The notes under the pieces: model-generated
The model's input: the letters and a program-made list of their open reading frames with translations, nothing else
What the model was told of the DNA's origin: nothing
Database searches by the model: none
Origin: an uncultured Oleiphilus sp.
GTDB taxonomy: Bacteria; Pseudomonadota; Gammaproteobacteria; Pseudomonadales; Oleiphilaceae
Length of the DNA stretch: 64,000 nucleotides
Assembly: GCA_963974595.1 (NCBI GenBank)
Contig: CAXBDA010000001.1
Location: 39,657 to 103,656 of the forward strand
Reading direction: 5' to 3'
Shown: positions 19,247 through 29,457 of the stretch, piece after piece
How positions within the stretch are numbered: the stretch's first letter is position 1
How the letters are laid out: the number at the start of each line of letters is the position of its first letter
Program-made: the position numbers and the translations under genes

Positions 19247-19361
19247 CAGGGGGTGAGAAACCTTATATTTCAACAGATTGTGAGAGTTTTAGCCTCTTTT
19301 TTACCTCATGAAAGCGGAGAAGAGCCTGAAAAGAACGGAGATTCTCTGCCTTTACAAGCAC

Positions 19362-20147
19362 TTAAGTTGTAGTAGGGTGATGCGGTAACCATTCGATAGA
19401 CGCTAGGATTTTTGCAAAATCAAGATCATAAATATCATCAAATTTATCGAAATAAGATTCAATGAATTTATGATCAGGTTTTTCAGTTTTAAAGGCAAAA
19501 ACGACGATATTGTTATGATCTTCGATATTTATAATGGCCGTTGCTGCAAATATTTTTCGCAGTATGACTAAGGCATCAATTAACTTGTTTTGATCTTCTA
19601 ACACATAATTTATTGCAAGAATGCCATTTCCAGATAGTTTTCCCCATAACTTAATAACGAAGTCATTTGAGAATATCGTATTGTAATTACTTCGAATATC
19701 AAATAAATCGAAATAAATAATATCCTGTTCCGACATTTCACGGCATATAAACTTAGTTGCATCATCGATAACAATCGAGCTACCAGAAGGTAGATGAAAA
19801 AACTGTTTGGTTTGCTCAAGTCTCGCTTGAGATATTTCAACAGTTGTTAATTTTATTTGGGTATGTACCTCACCTAGATAGCGTTCTATAGACCCCGTAC
19901 CGAGCCCTAGATTTAGTACTTTTGTTGCATCAGGCTTAAGAATTTGAGCAATTAACAGCGATTTTAAATAAGGCACTACTGGGCGACCAGGTTCCTTTAG
20001 TGACATGGCGCCATGAAGTACACCATCCTCACTCACCATCCATCTTAAGTCTGCATTTTCTCTTACTTCCATTCGACACAAGGAAGTCGCTTCCTTATCT
20101 AATAGCAAGCCCTGTCTTGGGTCAAACGTTGCGAAATTCACAGGCAT
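19362..20147 (-). CDS. spermidine-synthase-like SAM-dependent methyltransferase-fold protein
   Basis: 261 aa with a Rossmann MT motif (VLNLGLGTGSIERYL) and a spermine/spermidine synthase-like layout. Substrate unknown. Confidence 0.6.
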   Translation of the reverse strand: MPVNFATFDPRQGLLLDKEATSLCRMEVRENADLRWMVSEDGVLHGAMSLKEPGRPVVPYLKSLLIAQILKPDATKVLNLGLGTGSIERYLGEVHTQIKLTTVEISQARLEQTKQFFHLPSGSSIVIDDATKFICREMSEQDIIYFDLFDIRSNYNTIFSNDFVIKLWGKLSGNGILAINYVLEDQNKLIDALVILRKIFAATAIINIEDHNNIVVFAFKTEKPDHKFIESYFDKFDDIYDLDFAKILASIEWLPHHPTTT

Positions 20148-20237
20148 GATACACTCCCGTTAAGATTAGTTAGGGTTTATTTTTATGGCCATGCCTGTGA
20201 CTATGACTTATATCTCTTCTTCGCAGCATTAACAGTT

Positions 20238-20837
20238 TTATTTCACGCCAATCAGTTCAAAATTGCCTTCGACTTGAAGATGCACAATAGCAGGAGTATT
20301 TCCTTTATTTTTCCAATACCAGCCATGCGAGCCATCGAAGGGGGCGGTGAAAGTTCCTCTTACTCTGTTGGCTGTGCTGACGGCGTAACTTTCAAAAAAA
20401 CCTGTGGTATCTCCTTTCGGCTCGCCATGAAAGTCAAAAAACAGTACCTCACCTTCTGTTTTCCAGGCATAACGAACAGCGTCCCCTTTTAGAATATTGA
20501 ACTTATATTCCAGCCCCTCGCCTACAGCAACAGTAATGCTTGTATTATGTTCCTGTAACTCACCTGCACTAGGTTCTTGAAGTTTGTCTGTGCTTGCACT
20601 GGCTGGTGGCATAGCAGTGTTAACGTCATCGATATTGGCCAACGTAGTTAAACCTAATGCCGCCCCGACACCTGTTGGGTCAATATTATATTCAGCTGGT
20701 AAAATGGTAAAAACCAGAACCAGAGCACCAAATATGGCCGCAAATACACTTGCTTTGATCAGCGTACTTATAGAATGTACGGTATGCTCAAGTTCATGCT
20801 GAATGCTACCTGTGTGTTCTTGTTGTGTCATATACAT
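20238..20837 (-). CDS. membrane-anchored hypothetical protein with beta-sandwich C-terminal domain
   Basis: 199 aa with a single TM segment (ASVFAAIFGALVLVFTIL), His-rich N-terminus and beta-rich C-terminal half. It sits 3 bp downstream of the HupE/UreJ gene. Confidence 0.5.
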   Translation of the reverse strand: MYMTQQEHTGSIQHELEHTVHSISTLIKASVFAAIFGALVLVFTILPAEYNIDPTGVGAALGLTTLANIDDVNTAMPPASASTDKLQEPSAGELQEHNTSITVAVGEGLEYKFNILKGDAVRYAWKTEGEVLFFDFHGEPKGDTTGFFESYAVSTANRVRGTFTAPFDGSHGWYWKNKGNTPAIVHLQVEGNFELIGVK

Positions 20838-20840
20838 TCC

Positions 20841-21548
20841 TTAAATCGTTGTAAAATAACCGGTCAATTGAAAGCCAACCAAGATCACACCACCACTCAT
20901 TAGTAATGCATTGGTCGCTGTTGAAAAACGGAGAAAGCTAGGGTGTCTTCGCCAAAAACTTAGCGCTAATAAAACCATAATCAATACAGAGAATTGCCCT
21001 AATTCAACACCAACATTGAAAGAAATAAGGTTTTCGACTAAACCATCTTTCGGGATTTCAAACTCTTGAATTTTAGTAGCAAGACCAAATCCATGGAATA
21101 AACCAAAGATCATAACGGCTGCTTTCGTATTTGGTTGAAAGCCAAAAATTCGTTTAAAGCCACCCAGGTTATCGAAGCCTTTATAGATGATAGAAAAACC
21201 AATAATGGCATCAATCAAATACGCGTTGACAGATAAATCGTAAAGCACACCAAACATCAATGTTGTACTGTGACCTATCGTAAAAAGCGTCACATAAATC
21301 AGTACATCTTTTGATCGATATAAGAAAAAAATAACGCCAACGAGAAAGAGCAAATGATCGTAACCTGTTACCATATGCTTAGCGCCGATATACATATATG
21401 GAATAATCGATACGCCTTGATTAGCGAGCAAGAATTGCTTTGTGCTGTCATCAACCCCATGCGCAAAAAGCGCTGTAGAAAATAAACAGGCACTTAAAAT
21501 AAAGACAATCCTGTTTATCGTTAAAAAATTAAACACCATAGAATCCAC
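20841..21548 (-). CDS. HupE/UreJ family membrane protein (putative metal transporter)
   Basis: 235 aa, polytopic, with a signal peptide followed by HGV and the GYDHLLFL motif typical of the HupE/UreJ_2 family. Confidence 0.7.
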   Translation of the reverse strand: MDSMVFNFLTINRIVFILSACLFSTALFAHGVDDSTKQFLLANQGVSIIPYMYIGAKHMVTGYDHLLFLVGVIFFLYRSKDVLIYVTLFTIGHSTTLMFGVLYDLSVNAYLIDAIIGFSIIYKGFDNLGGFKRIFGFQPNTKAAVMIFGLFHGFGLATKIQEFEIPKDGLVENLISFNVGVELGQFSVLIMVLLALSFWRRHPSFLRFSTATNALLMSGGVILVGFQLTGYFTTI

Positions 21549-21891
21549 TTACCTATTGAAGAAATGAAACCGTTAAACGTTAATGCTAGATACTATCAAA
21601 ATTCCCGTTGTAATTATGACATGAACGCTTATCGTTTATTATATTATGTGTAATCAATAACTTTAAATGACTACTACGTATACAAATAACTCAAAGTATT
21701 CATTTACGGCTATAAACTGCGCTTTTCGTCATGTTTGGCTGCTGGTTCTAAATCACGGGAATGTAACATGGAGAAAAACAAGCCCGAAAGGCCTTGCCTG
21801 AGCTTGTTGAAGAGACTGCGGCTAAAATGAACACGTTGTGTGTTCATCATAAGCAGTATGTTCTTGGTGAAAGAAGGCTTAAGGTGATTTA

Positions 21892-24048
21892 TCAGACTTC
21901 AGATAGTCCCACTATTCTACAAGGTGTTCCATTAAATACTGGCATACCCGTAAACTGACATAAGACCCGATCACTATGTAGATAATTCACATTCACGCTA
22001 GGCTTCTGCTTTGCCAAAGTCTGACTAGAATCGAATGTATGCCCCCAAAACTGCTGCACCATGACCACGCCTTGTCGAATGGTGTCGCTGGGTTTTGCTT
22101 TGAGTTTGATACGACCTGATTCTGTGGCAATCTCGATCCAATCGCCCTCCTTTATGTTCAACTCTTGTGCATCGCCACTGTGTATGGTCGCGACATTTTC
22201 ATCGGTATGTTTCATCAAAGACGGAAGATTTTTTGTCCAGGTATTGAATGTAGCTAAGCGTCGGCCGCCTGAAATCAAGCTAAACGGCCATGACTTTGTG
22301 GGTACGGGTGGATTCTTTAGAACAAGCCTAACTGCCTCACAAAAATCGTCTGGGGCTAAATGCACCTTCTTATCTAATGTTCGTATATGTTGTGTAAAAA
22401 ATGCGTCTTTCTGAAGTGGACCAACACTGACACCATGATCAGATTTTTTAAGAGTATTCAGAGAGAGTTTCTTCATTGAGAATGGGCTAATGAGCAAGGC
22501 TTTTGCAAGATGCGCTTCGGTAAAATTTCTGCCAAACCAAGCCAGACACTTATCTATTCCGCTAATCAAGGGGTTATTTAAAAATGGCACCTTGGCAGCG
22601 CGACTTATGTCGCGAAATATATCCCATTCTGGCCTTGCCTTCCCTGTGGGCTCAACAAGCTTTTTTCGCCATTCAGCATGAGGCACAGGATCAAAGGGTT
22701 GGGTAAGAAAGTGAAAACCGCCCTTTTCATATATAGTGCATGCGGGCAAATTATAGTGTGCTAGCGCGCCCGTATCAGAGCGGTAAATATCTATTGTGAC
22801 AAGTAAGTCTAATTTTTTTAAGGCTTGTTCTACCTTAGAGGAATTTGGAAATGATATCAGCGGGTTACCTGCCACGACAATTAAAGCACGAATACGCTGT
22901 TCATCATCGGATAAAACATCCTCAGCAAACACAGAAGCAGGCGGCCCACCAAAAATTTGCGGATATTTACCTACGCGTGATGGCGCGGGGTTTTTCTTTT
23001 TGGTAAATAAGTGGATCAGGTCGGTATTATTGATTGCGCCTGGGTTAAAGAATAAACCACCCTCTTTTCCTACCCTGCCGGTGATGACATTGAGCGTTTG
23101 TACTGCCCACTCCGTTAGTGCGGTATTATGACTCGTTTGAACACCGACTCTGGTGGTAATAAATGCTGTTTTAGCCCCTGAAAATTCATCCGCGAGTCGA
23201 ATGATCGTTAATTCATTAATACCGCTTATCGATGCAATGCTGGCTAATGAGAAAGAGTCGACAAATGCCTTCCACCAGTCAAAGCCGATACAGTGATTTT
23301 GTACGTATTCTTGCTTGATGTTATCAGCTTCAATAATACGTTTAATCATGCCCAGCAATAAAAAAAGATCCGTACCGGGCTGTATCATTAGATGCTGGTC
23401 AGCCACTTTTGTGGTTTCAGTGACGCGCGGATCAACCACAACAACCTTACCACCGCGCTGTCGTATATTTTTTAAATCGCCCGCTATTCTTGGCCTGCGT
23501 TGTAATAACGTCATGCCTTGAGTGACTAAAGGATTAGTCCCTAATAATAAGGCGAAGTCTGTATTATCTGCATCGGGTTGAATAATAATTGTTTGGTCGC
23601 CAAACAAGCGCTCTGCAACAGCGCCTCTATCGGTGTATTCTAAGGATAAGACATTCATTGAATTCGGTGAGCCAAGGGCCGAGCACAGAGTATTAGCACC
23701 AATCATGGCACTTGAATCCGCCGCATTACCCCAGTAGGTGGCGATCGCCAAGGGGCCGTACTTATCCCGAATACTTCTTAGCTTTTGGCCTATTTCATCG
23801 GTCGCCGTTTGCCATTCAATTTGTTCAAAATGACCACCCTGGCTTTTTTCCGGATGGAGTAATCTATCTGGATCATTCTGATACTCAGGTATAGCCATGC
23901 CTTTTTTACAGGCATAACCAAGGCTAAAGGGGTGTGTTGGGTCGGGCCTTACCCGTGTCATCTTGCCATCTTCAATGTCGAACTCCATGCCGCACTGGGG
24001 TTCACACGCACCAAATTTACACGTACTTTTAATGGTTGTTACAGACAT
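21892..24048 (-). CDS. molybdopterin (bis-MGD) oxidoreductase, cytoplasmic type
   Basis: 718 aa. The N-terminal Cys cluster is CKFGACEPQCGM, there is no Tat signal, and a C-terminal molydopterin dinucleotide-binding-like region is present (IHSGDAQELNIKEGDWIEI). Confidence 0.85.
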   Translation of the reverse strand: MSVTTIKSTCKFGACEPQCGMEFDIEDGKMTRVRPDPTHPFSLGYACKKGMAIPEYQNDPDRLLHPEKSQGGHFEQIEWQTATDEIGQKLRSIRDKYGPLAIATYWGNAADSSAMIGANTLCSALGSPNSMNVLSLEYTDRGAVAERLFGDQTIIIQPDADNTDFALLLGTNPLVTQGMTLLQRRPRIAGDLKNIRQRGGKVVVVDPRVTETTKVADQHLMIQPGTDLFLLLGMIKRIIEADNIKQEYVQNHCIGFDWWKAFVDSFSLASIASISGINELTIIRLADEFSGAKTAFITTRVGVQTSHNTALTEWAVQTLNVITGRVGKEGGLFFNPGAINNTDLIHLFTKKKNPAPSRVGKYPQIFGGPPASVFAEDVLSDDEQRIRALIVVAGNPLISFPNSSKVEQALKKLDLLVTIDIYRSDTGALAHYNLPACTIYEKGGFHFLTQPFDPVPHAEWRKKLVEPTGKARPEWDIFRDISRAAKVPFLNNPLISGIDKCLAWFGRNFTEAHLAKALLISPFSMKKLSLNTLKKSDHGVSVGPLQKDAFFTQHIRTLDKKVHLAPDDFCEAVRLVLKNPPVPTKSWPFSLISGGRRLATFNTWTKNLPSLMKHTDENVATIHSGDAQELNIKEGDWIEIATESGRIKLKAKPSDTIRQGVVMVQQFWGHTFDSSQTLAKQKPSVNVNYLHSDRVLCQFTGMPVFNGTPCRIVGLSEV

Positions 24049-24197
24049 AAGTGATGGCCTTTATGAAGAGATTTGGCCTATTTTCACTGTTTATGAAACA
24101 AGATACTTGAATGAATCTGCTATTTAACAAGCCGTCACCTAGTAGCGCTCAGTACTGAAGCCCCCTCGAATTTAGTCATAAGTGCGCCCCTTAAAAA

Positions 24198-25001
24198 TCA
24201 AAGCTCTTCGGTCACAAGTATTGAAATAGCGGCCTGGTTAGAGAGCAGTGTTTTAGGTGGCACACCAAACATTTCTTTAAAAATACGTGAAAAGTGTGCG
24301 CTATCTGCAAAACCACATAACAAGGCCGAATCAGTAAAATTATGACCTTGTTGTATCAGCAGGATCACTTTTCTAATACGCAGCCAGAGCGAATAACGGC
24401 GGATAGGTATGCCTATTTGCTGCCTAAATAAATGCTGGAGACGGGATCGGGACAAACAACTGATCGCCTCAAGCGTTTCAATGTCACATTGCCCGCCCTC
24501 TGAACTATTCAAGGCATGAAGTACTTTTTTAATACGCGGATCTATAGGTTTTACGTAGTCGTCTTTCAGACCAAAATACTTAAAAACCAGTGCAATGAAT
24601 ATACTCGGAGAAACCGGCTGATCAGATGCAACCAGTGCATCTATTTCGAGTGCAATATGCTTGTTATTTTCATGCTCATGTTCATAAAAAAGTACCGCAC
24701 GATCACCCATATAATCCGGTGTGATCGCAAAGGCATAATCTGCCGATTCGGGATCTAAATACACCATGAGTATTGGGTTATTTGAAGCCTTAATTTGATG
24801 AGGCACGTCAGGTGGAAGCAGTGCACCTCTTATGCTGACAGCTGCTTCCCCCTCACCGAGTATCAACTCAAACGGGCCATTGATGCCGATACATAATTGG
24901 ACAGCATGATGCGCATGCCGAGAAAAATCGAAACTTTGGCCTATATACATCACCCGCCTTGGCCCAATAAAGAGTTTTCTTGGAATCGTTTCTGTGCTCA
25001 T
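24198..25001 (-). CDS. AraC-family transcriptional regulator
   Basis: 267 aa with a cupin-like N-terminus and a C-terminal double HTH (SRSRLQHLFRQQIGIPIRRY ... GFADSAHFSRIFKEMFG). Confidence 0.9.
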   Translation of the reverse strand: MSTETIPRKLFIGPRRVMYIGQSFDFSRHAHHAVQLCIGINGPFELILGEGEAAVSIRGALLPPDVPHQIKASNNPILMVYLDPESADYAFAITPDYMGDRAVLFYEHEHENNKHIALEIDALVASDQPVSPSIFIALVFKYFGLKDDYVKPIDPRIKKVLHALNSSEGGQCDIETLEAISCLSRSRLQHLFRQQIGIPIRRYSLWLRIRKVILLIQQGHNFTDSALLCGFADSAHFSRIFKEMFGVPPKTLLSNQAAISILVTEEL

Positions 25002-25081
25002 ATCTTAAATCCGAATTAGCCGCAGTATCGTACTGTTATGGTTGTTTATGGCCTTCACTGCTGTATCGATGTCAAGGAGGC

Positions 25082-26260
25082 TTAAAAATAGTACGTCAGC
25101 TCGCCATAATAAAGATTTTCATAGAAGGCATATTCTGTTCCTGCTGCCCCTTTAAATAATTGCGCACCCAATTTAAGATATACGTCCTCAAAGGTAGGCA
25201 GGTCATAATTAAGTGTAGGCGATATAAACAGACTATGATCATCTAAATTTGAGATAGCCAAGAGCTCAAGTTCTAGAAGCGGTGTGAGTTCCTTACTGAT
25301 TATTCCACCCAGGTAATGCTTAGCCAAGCCGAGTTTTTCCCCCGCTAATATTTGGCTGAATTGATACTGCGTTGTGTCTGTCACCCCATCGCCATTGAAA
25401 TAGCCTTCAAGCACAAATTTAATACCGATCTTATTTGTGTAATCGGCGCTGATCACGGCTTCAACATAGCTTTCAGTGTCTTTAGCATTGTCTTTGGGGT
25501 CTGACCAGACAAATTCGGCTCTTAATCCAATTAAGCCCATTTGGCTCGCCAGCCCAAAACCGAGTTTATCTTCATCCAAAAACGCCCCGGCTATCAGCGA
25601 ATAATCTATATCATACTGATTACTTTTAAATCGAAGCGCCGCGGAATTATCGGAAGGCTGTCGCTGCTGTGAATAGACCAGGCTCAGTCGGCTTAATTCT
25701 TGAATGTTGTAGTCGAGTAATATGGCATCGACACCCTGTCGCTCGTATCTTTCTAGCTGCAAAGGATTAAGTGGATTAAACCTATCAAGGGGGTTCCAAA
25801 TTAATGCACTGGCCCAGTTAATTTGTTGGCGGCCTATTCTGAGATCAAGATCATTATGAGTGAACTGCACCGTGCCTCGATACAGTTCACTTGTCCCATA
25901 AACATCATTCGTGTCGATGCTGTTGCCTTGAAGCGTCCAATAGCGCTGCTCATCCACTTCCAAAAGCTGCCTAAATTGTGCGCTATCCAGATAAGAACCA
26001 AACTGAAGCTCATTATCATAAACCAGTTCAAATTGAATATTCTGCCAACGATCAGAAAACTCTAAACGAAGTCGGTTGATATCCAGCACGTAGCGTTCAG
26101 TAGGCCCAATAATCGTTTCACTGCTTAGCAGTAAGTTTTTATATTGCCCACTCAACTCGATGGCATAGCTCGCTGAAGAAAATGAAAACAGCGTCACTGC
26201 CCTCATCAACAGCACCAACATAGCTTGGATTCTGTTGAGCAACTTAGAGCATTTATACAT
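25082..26260 (-). CDS. putative outer-membrane beta-barrel protein
   Basis: 392 aa with a signal peptide (AVTLFSFSSASYA), alternating beta-strand pattern and the C-terminal aromatic signature ...YGELTYYF. The start may be an internal Met near 26221. Overlaps the upstream permease stop. Confidence 0.6.
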   Translation of the reverse strand: MYKCSKLLNRIQAMLVLLMRAVTLFSFSSASYAIELSGQYKNLLLSSETIIGPTERYVLDINRLRLEFSDRWQNIQFELVYDNELQFGSYLDSAQFRQLLEVDEQRYWTLQGNSIDTNDVYGTSELYRGTVQFTHNDLDLRIGRQQINWASALIWNPLDRFNPLNPLQLERYERQGVDAILLDYNIQELSRLSLVYSQQRQPSDNSAALRFKSNQYDIDYSLIAGAFLDEDKLGFGLASQMGLIGLRAEFVWSDPKDNAKDTESYVEAVISADYTNKIGIKFVLEGYFNGDGVTDTTQYQFSQILAGEKLGLAKHYLGGIISKELTPLLELELLAISNLDDHSLFISPTLNYDLPTFEDVYLKLGAQLFKGAAGTEYAFYENLYYGELTYYF

Positions 26261-28760
26261 GATGAATCGCTTCGACAGGCTCCAAGCGTGAGGCTTTCAC
26301 CGCTGGATAAATAGACACCATAATACCGCAGGCAAAGAGTAATAGGCTGGGCAGCCATAGATGATCAAATATCAACACCGGATGAATCACGTCTGTCATC
26401 CCGGGAATCGTTTCCATCGACCTACTTAAGCTAGACAAGTCGATACCGTATACCGCGTAATAACTGGCGACAGCCGTACCGATAATGGCGCCGACCAGCA
26501 TGCCTATGGCACCCAATACCACGGCTTCATATAAAACTAAGCGAATCACATATTTGCTTTGCGTGCCGAGCGCCATCATCACCCCAAACTCTCTTGTTCT
26601 TTCTAATACGGACATAAGCATGGTATTCATCACGCCCATCGCCACAACGATAAAGACCACAATAAGAATGAGGTAGAAATCAATTTTCGTCATATCAATC
26701 ATTTGTATCACGATGGGCATAATTTGCTCCCAGGATTCAACGACAATACTTCTATCGTCTAAGCTAGCTTGCAGCTTTTCAGAAAATGCCTGGCTCATAA
26801 AACGCGATTTCAATCGAACGGCCAGCGTGGAGGCTTCATCTGGTTCAAAAGCCAGCAATTGATGCAAGGAATCAAGATTAACAAAAGCATACGCGCTATC
26901 AAACAGCTCACTGCCGGTATCGAAAATACCACTAACCTTATAGGCAGCAGAAGCCAAATCACCGCTTGCTTGTTGCAGGGTGAGTACAAGCTTTTCACCC
27001 ACTTTGATGCCTAATTCTTCGGCTATTTTCTTACCGATAAGCATACCCTCAGGCGAGTCTTTGCGGACATAATCACCCTCAACAATATGAGTGGCTAAAC
27101 TCGTGACCTTTACTTCATCTACAGGATCAATGCCGCTCAATTCAATTGGCCTACTCTTTCGCGTACTGGCCAACATGCCTTTCACCACAATTCTTGTACT
27201 GACCGCTTCAACTTCGGGGAATTGCGCTATTTTCTGTTTCAACACAGACGCCTCAGCAAGGCGAAATTTGGGTGAATAGTCTTGACGCAACTGAGAAGAA
27301 GCTACCTGGCTATGGCCGCTCAGCTGCCCCGTTGAGTTTTCAATCATTTGCTCAAAAAAACCATCGGTAAAAGCATAGAGAAACAGATAGGCGGCCAGGC
27401 CAAAGGCAGTGGCCCCGGCAGTTAACATGGATCGTTTAGGGTTTCTGAACATCGACCGAAAAGCAATTTGCCAGAAGACCCAACGATTCGAGCGTGAAGA
27501 TTTCGTGTTAACACGAAATCTTAATACTGACTCGGAATGTTGACCCTTTATCGCCCCGACAGGATTAAGTTTTGCCGCACGCCAAGCAGGATAAAGTGCA
27601 GGCAGTATCGCCACAATCAAGACAATGCCATTCACCAACCAGACATGGCTATAATTGGTCACTGGATACACCATACTCGACAAACCCGGCATGGTTTCCA
27701 GCGCTTGGGTGAACTGACCCAGATCAAGCCCTATTTTTGCCAAATACTGATTCAGTGAAACCCCCAGAAAACTTCCCAATGCTATTCCAATTAAGCCTAA
27801 CAACACAGATTCAAACAGAACTAATAACAGAATCTGATGGCGCTGTGTCCCTAATGCCATCATCACGCCGAATTCTCGGGTTCTTTCCATGACGGACATC
27901 AGTATCGTATTGGCAATCCCGGCTGAAACAACGGTAAAAATCACAAACAACACCACATAAGCGACGGCTTCGTGAAATTGCACCATTTGCAACAATGACG
28001 GCATCATTTCCTGCCAAGTAAGTACTTCAAACTGATCTTCTAACTGTGCTTGAATATACGAAGCTGCTGCCTCCACTTGATTTCTGTCACCAAGTTTAAT
28101 CGACCATGCCGTCACCCTGCCCCATAAGGAAAAAAGTGACTGGGCATCTTCTAGCTTAATAAACATCAGGTTTTGATCCATCACATCAATGCCAGTATTA
28201 AAGCTGCCCACGATGGTAAAACGATCAGCTCCAATCGAGCCATCTGCGGCTTGAGTAATGAGCGTTATCTCATCCCCTACTTCAGCTTGAAACGCTGACA
28301 TTGAAGCATCGCCCAAGACAATTTCATTGCTTTGATCCGCCTGCAAATAACGACCGCTCACTAAGGCTTGCTTGATTAAGGTAACCCTTGATTCGGTTTC
28401 GGGTGTGACGCCGATGACTTGAACCATTCTAGACTTTTCACCGACACTGCTTAAAGCGACACCTTCAATACGTGGCGAAAAACCAGCGATATTAGGCTGA
28501 GCCGCTAACACAGAGGCTATTTTGCTTTGCTCATCAATCGCTAGGTTTAACTCTTGTGAATCATGAAAACCGGCACGGTGGACTTTTATATGACCACTGA
28601 CATAGCCGGTACTATTATCAATCATCTGAGAGTTGATGCCATCGATAAAGCCCCACACAAATATCAATGAAATACAACCCACCACAATAGAGGAAAGGGT
28701 AATAAGGGTGCGTCGACGATTTTTCAGCAGATTTCTAAAGGTTAACCAGACAATAGCCAT
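26253..28760 (-). CDS. ABC transporter permease with duplicated MacB-like/FtsX domains
   Basis: 835 aa. There are two repeats of the same architecture, each ending in an FtsX-type 3-TM module (MERTREFGVMMALGTQ and LERTREFGVMMALGTQ). Confidence 0.9.
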   Translation of the reverse strand: MAIVWLTFRNLLKNRRRTLITLSSIVVGCISLIFVWGFIDGINSQMIDNSTGYVSGHIKVHRAGFHDSQELNLAIDEQSKIASVLAAQPNIAGFSPRIEGVALSSVGEKSRMVQVIGVTPETESRVTLIKQALVSGRYLQADQSNEIVLGDASMSAFQAEVGDEITLITQAADGSIGADRFTIVGSFNTGIDVMDQNLMFIKLEDAQSLFSLWGRVTAWSIKLGDRNQVEAAASYIQAQLEDQFEVLTWQEMMPSLLQMVQFHEAVAYVVLFVIFTVVSAGIANTILMSVMERTREFGVMMALGTQRHQILLLVLFESVLLGLIGIALGSFLGVSLNQYLAKIGLDLGQFTQALETMPGLSSMVYPVTNYSHVWLVNGIVLIVAILPALYPAWRAAKLNPVGAIKGQHSESVLRFRVNTKSSRSNRWVFWQIAFRSMFRNPKRSMLTAGATAFGLAAYLFLYAFTDGFFEQMIENSTGQLSGHSQVASSQLRQDYSPKFRLAEASVLKQKIAQFPEVEAVSTRIVVKGMLASTRKSRPIELSGIDPVDEVKVTSLATHIVEGDYVRKDSPEGMLIGKKIAEELGIKVGEKLVLTLQQASGDLASAAYKVSGIFDTGSELFDSAYAFVNLDSLHQLLAFEPDEASTLAVRLKSRFMSQAFSEKLQASLDDRSIVVESWEQIMPIVIQMIDMTKIDFYLILIVVFIVVAMGVMNTMLMSVLERTREFGVMMALGTQSKYVIRLVLYEAVVLGAIGMLVGAIIGTAVASYYAVYGIDLSSLSRSMETIPGMTDVIHPVLIFDHLWLPSLLLFACGIMVSIYPAVKASRLEPVEAIHHV

Positions 28761-28763
28761 TTC

Positions 28764-29447
28764 CTACCTCTTTTCATCGGAGACAATACGACCGTCTTTT
28801 AAATGCAGTACACGCTTGGCCCGATCCATCACCATTTGATCATGGGTTGAAAATAAAAAAGTAGTACCGTGTACCTGATTCAGCTCTCTCATGAGATCCA
28901 GCAAGTTTGCACCGGTTTTCGAATCCAGGTTTGCCGTGGGCTCATCCGCTAGAATAATAGCAGGCTGTGTCACCATTGCCCGAGCCACTGCAACCCGTTG
29001 TTGTTGCCCGCCAGAGAGTTCATTCGGCCTGCGATTAGCCATGTCGGCCAAACCAACTTCACTGAGAATAGCCTCTGCCCTGCGTCGCCTTTCCTTTGCG
29101 TCAAGGCCTTGAAGCAACATCACATATTCAACATTTTCCTTGGCGGTTAATACCGAAATTAGGTTGTATTCTTGAAAAATAAAGCCGATTTTCCATAAGC
29201 GTAGGGTTGTTAGTTGGCTGTGTGTCAGCTGGCTCAATGATTGCCCACTAATAAGTATGTCACCCGAAGTCGGTGTATCAAGTGCACCAATATGATTAAG
29301 TAAGGTTGTTTTACCCGAACCGGAAGGGCCGACCATCACGGTGAATTCACCCGCTTCGATGTTGACTGAAATATCAGATAAGGCATGAACTTTAATGGCA
29401 TTCTGTTCATAGGTTTTAGTGAGGTGGCGTGTTTCAACAATGCGCAT
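28764..29447 (-). CDS. ABC transporter ATP-binding protein (LolD/MacB-type)
   Basis: Walker [10 protein letters not shown], signature LSGGQQQR, Walker B ILADEPT. The start is set at MRIVETRHL; the longer ORF to 29498 overlaps the upstream gene. Confidence 0.92.
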   Translation of the reverse strand: MRIVETRHLTKTYEQNAIKVHALSDISVNIEAGEFTVMVGPSGSGKTTLLNHIGALDTPTSGDILISGQSLSQLTHSQLTTLRLWKIGFIFQEYNLISVLTAKENVEYVMLLQGLDAKERRRRAEAILSEVGLADMANRRPNELSGGQQQRVAVARAMVTQPAIILADEPTANLDSKTGANLLDLMRELNQVHGTTFLFSTHDQMVMDRAKRVLHLKDGRIVSDEKR

Positions 29448-29457
29448 AAACAACTTC

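Larger units (their letters stand above)
17018..19326. mobile_element. ISL3-family insertion sequence shell with disrupted interior (nested IS3/Tn3 remnants)
   Basis: Terminal inverted repeats are GGCTCTTCTCCGCTTTCGTGAGGTAA (17018-17043) and its complement at 19301-19326 (25/26 identical). They are flanked by the perfect 8-bp direct repeat TGAAAAGA at 17010-17017 and 19327-19334. An ISL3-like transposase C-terminus abuts the left IR. Confidence 0.85.

Noticed and set aside
21549-21891. 340-bp non-coding gap with a small hairpin (ATGAACAC-N5-GTGTTCAT) and short ORFs
   Set aside because: The ORFs are under 60 aa with no SD or recognisable similarity. The hairpin is short with no T run. Nothing supports a feature call.
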